This document shows positions 6,516-7,524 of a stretch of DNA of 7,524 nt, in pieces. How positions within the stretch are numbered: the stretch's first letter is position 1; each line of letters opens with the position of its first letter. A program made the position numbers and the translations under genes. The notes below the pieces were generated by a model that had not been told where the DNA came from, searched no databases, and saw nothing but the letters and a program-made list of their open reading frames with translations. The stretch comes from a virus (lineage: Duplodnaviria > Heunggongvirae > Uroviricota > Caudoviricetes). The stretch is taken from positions 1 to 7,524 of IMG/VR virus record IMGVR_UViG_2693429642_000014. One strand, given 5' to 3'.

Positions 6516-7247
6516 TTATCCGGCTGCTGCGCTCACAGTCACGGTGCATTCAACAGACGTCACACTCTGTGCCCTCTCTGCCGAATCGGTCACCACGCAG
6601 GTATATTTCCCCGCATCGGCGGACTGCGCGTTTGGCTTACTGAAGGTGTCAGCCGTCTGCCCCTCAACCGGCTGACCGTCCTTCTTCCAGGCGTATTTAT
6701 ACGGCGGCGTTCCCCCGTTGGCACTGACTGACATTGTCAGCAGCGCACCGGTATTCACGGTAAGTGTTTTATCCAGATTTTTCACAAACGCCAGCGGTAC
6801 CACAAAGGACACCGGTTTGCCTTTCAGACGCAGTGAAAACGTTGCTGCCACCACGCCGTTGGTACCGGATGACCAGGTGTGCTGACGCACTTCCGCCAGG
6901 AATTTAAAGCCCTTTCCGGACGGAAACTGCACCTTAAACGCATACAATGAGTCATTGTCATAGGCATCACGCAGGGCATTCTGGGCCTGATTCAGATAAA
7001 AATTACCCGACATGGAAATCTCGGACGATGCGCCCAGACCGTTGATGTTCTCCTGCTCCGTGGAGCAGAGCGTGGTCACATCAATATCCTGTTTCTGACC
7101 GGCGGTGAACTGGACTTCCTTGATGGAGCAGTCCAGGCGCAGATATTCCGCCTTCTCCATAGTTTCAGCAGTCGCCGGGGCAGATGAAATCATCACCTGC
7201 GTCAGCTGTGAACGTTCATACAAAGCAGACATTCGTAACCGGCTCAT
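6516..7247 (-). CDS. V: major tail (tube) protein with C-terminal Ig-like domain (lambda gpV position)
   Basis: First gene of the tail block, immediately upstream of G. The C-terminal ~80 aa (LTVNTGALLTMSVSANGGTPPYKYAWKKDGQPVEGQTADTFSKPNAQSADAGKYTCVVTD...) has the hallmarks of a bacterial Ig-like domain, as found at the C-terminus of gpV. No recognisable identity to lambda V in the N-terminal domain. Start is uncertain: ATG 7247 has GGAGG about 20 nt upstream (too far), with alternative ATGs at 7232 and further in. Confidence 0.7.
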   Translation of the reverse strand: MSRLRMSALYERSQLTQVMISSAPATAETMEKAEYLRLDCSIKEVQFTAGQKQDIDVTTLCSTEQENINGLGASSEISMSGNFYLNQAQNALRDAYDNDSLYAFKVQFPSGKGFKFLAEVRQHTWSSGTNGVVAATFSLRLKGKPVSFVVPLAFVKNLDKTLTVNTGALLTMSVSANGGTPPYKYAWKKDGQPVEGQTADTFSKPNAQSADAGKYTCVVTDSAERAQSVTSVECTVTVSAAAG

Positions 7248-7288
7248 TTAAACCGTCTGGTCTGTTTCCTCCGGCTCTACAAAAATAA

Positions 7289-7310
7289 TGTCCATCATTT
7301 TTAATGGACA
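7289..7310. repeat. 7-bp inverted repeat TGTCCAT(N8)ATGGACA just upstream of the transposase-like ORF (possible IS terminus or operator)
   Basis: Plus 7289..7295 TGTCCAT and 7304..7310 ATGGACA are reverse complements. Begins with TG, as IS termini often do, and lies 8 bp before the ATG at 7318. Confidence 0.3.
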
Positions 7311-7317
7311 CTATCGT

Positions 7318-7524
7318 ATGAAACACCGGACCTGGATCACTGAAGCTTTACGTCTTCACTTTGAAGAACATTTACCCCGGGTTGTGGCCGGGCGTCGCCT
7401 GGGTGTACCAAAATCAACAGTTTGTAGTATGTTCGTGCGCTTTCGGAGAGCTGGTCTTTCGTGGCCTTTGCCCGCAGGCATGTCGGAGCAGGAACTTGAT
7501 GCCTGCCTTTACGGACAATTTTCC
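7318..7524 (+). CDS. partial ORF (69 codons, open to window end): HTH N-terminus resembling IS21-family IstA transposase
   Basis: Translation MKHRTWITEALRLHFEEHLPRVVAGRRLGVPKSTVCSMFVRFRRAGLSWPLPAGMSEQELDACLYGQFS. The pattern (basic HTH with STV, then RA.AAGLSWPLP....EL...L) matches what I remember of IS21-family IstA N-termini, e.g. IS408-like ...STV.EYLRRAKAAG..WPLP..LDDAALEARLF. Divergent from the tail operon. No BLAST was possible. Confidence 0.5.
   Translation, partial: MKHRTWITEALRLHFEEHLPRVVAGRRLGVPKSTVCSMFVRFRRAGLSWPLPAGMSEQELDACLYGQFS

Noticed and set aside
6502-6549. Longer G start at ATG 6549 as given in the ORF track (MHRDCERSSRIRGRVIMKK...)
   Set aside because: It would overlap the V 3' end by 34 nt with no RBS, whereas ATG 6501 has a GGGGA Shine-Dalgarno at proper spacing just after the V stop. 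Kept only as a lower-probability alternative.
5692-6675. 327-aa plus-strand ORF spanning the T, G and V 3' regions
   Set aside because: Antisense across three co-linear tail genes with a Pro/Arg/Ser-rich, low-complexity product. The minus-strand genes are supported by RBSs, tight junctions and the frameshift architecture.
1-7524. A compact defence or novel multi-gene system (restriction-modification, toxin-antitoxin, Abi, CRISPR) hidden in the accessory slots
   Set aside because: All substantial ORFs are accounted for by tail structural genes, the porin, and the IS-like fragment. The intergenic regions are too short for further genes, and no direct-repeat arrays, tRNA-like or rRNA-like sequence were seen. 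The only accessory cargo I can support is the porin moron.

Overview
The window is a minus-strand lambdoid (siphovirus-type) prophage tail-assembly operon from an enterobacterial host. Reading in the direction of transcription (high to low coordinates) the order is: major tail protein (V position, Ig-like C-terminal domain), tail assembly chaperones G and G-T (programmed -1 frameshift at A AAA AAG), a 1080-aa tape measure protein (gpH-like), minor tail protein M, then an AT-rich insert carrying an OmpC/NmpC/Lc-family porin gene with an OmpR-box-like upstream region and its own intrinsic terminator, then minor tail protein L (runs off the left edge). At the right edge, about 70 bp upstream of the first tail gene, a divergent partial ORF resembles the HTH N-terminus of an IS21-family IstA transposase, which suggests an IS insertion or rearrangement where the head-tail joining genes would be expected. 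I see no rRNA, tRNA or CRISPR array, and no defence-system-like gene set (no nuclease, methylase, toxin-antitoxin or Abi candidates). The most notable cargo is the porin moron wedged between M and L, apparently wired to host OmpR control. All calls are by-eye translation and comparison with remembered lambda and porin sequences; nothing was computed or searched.
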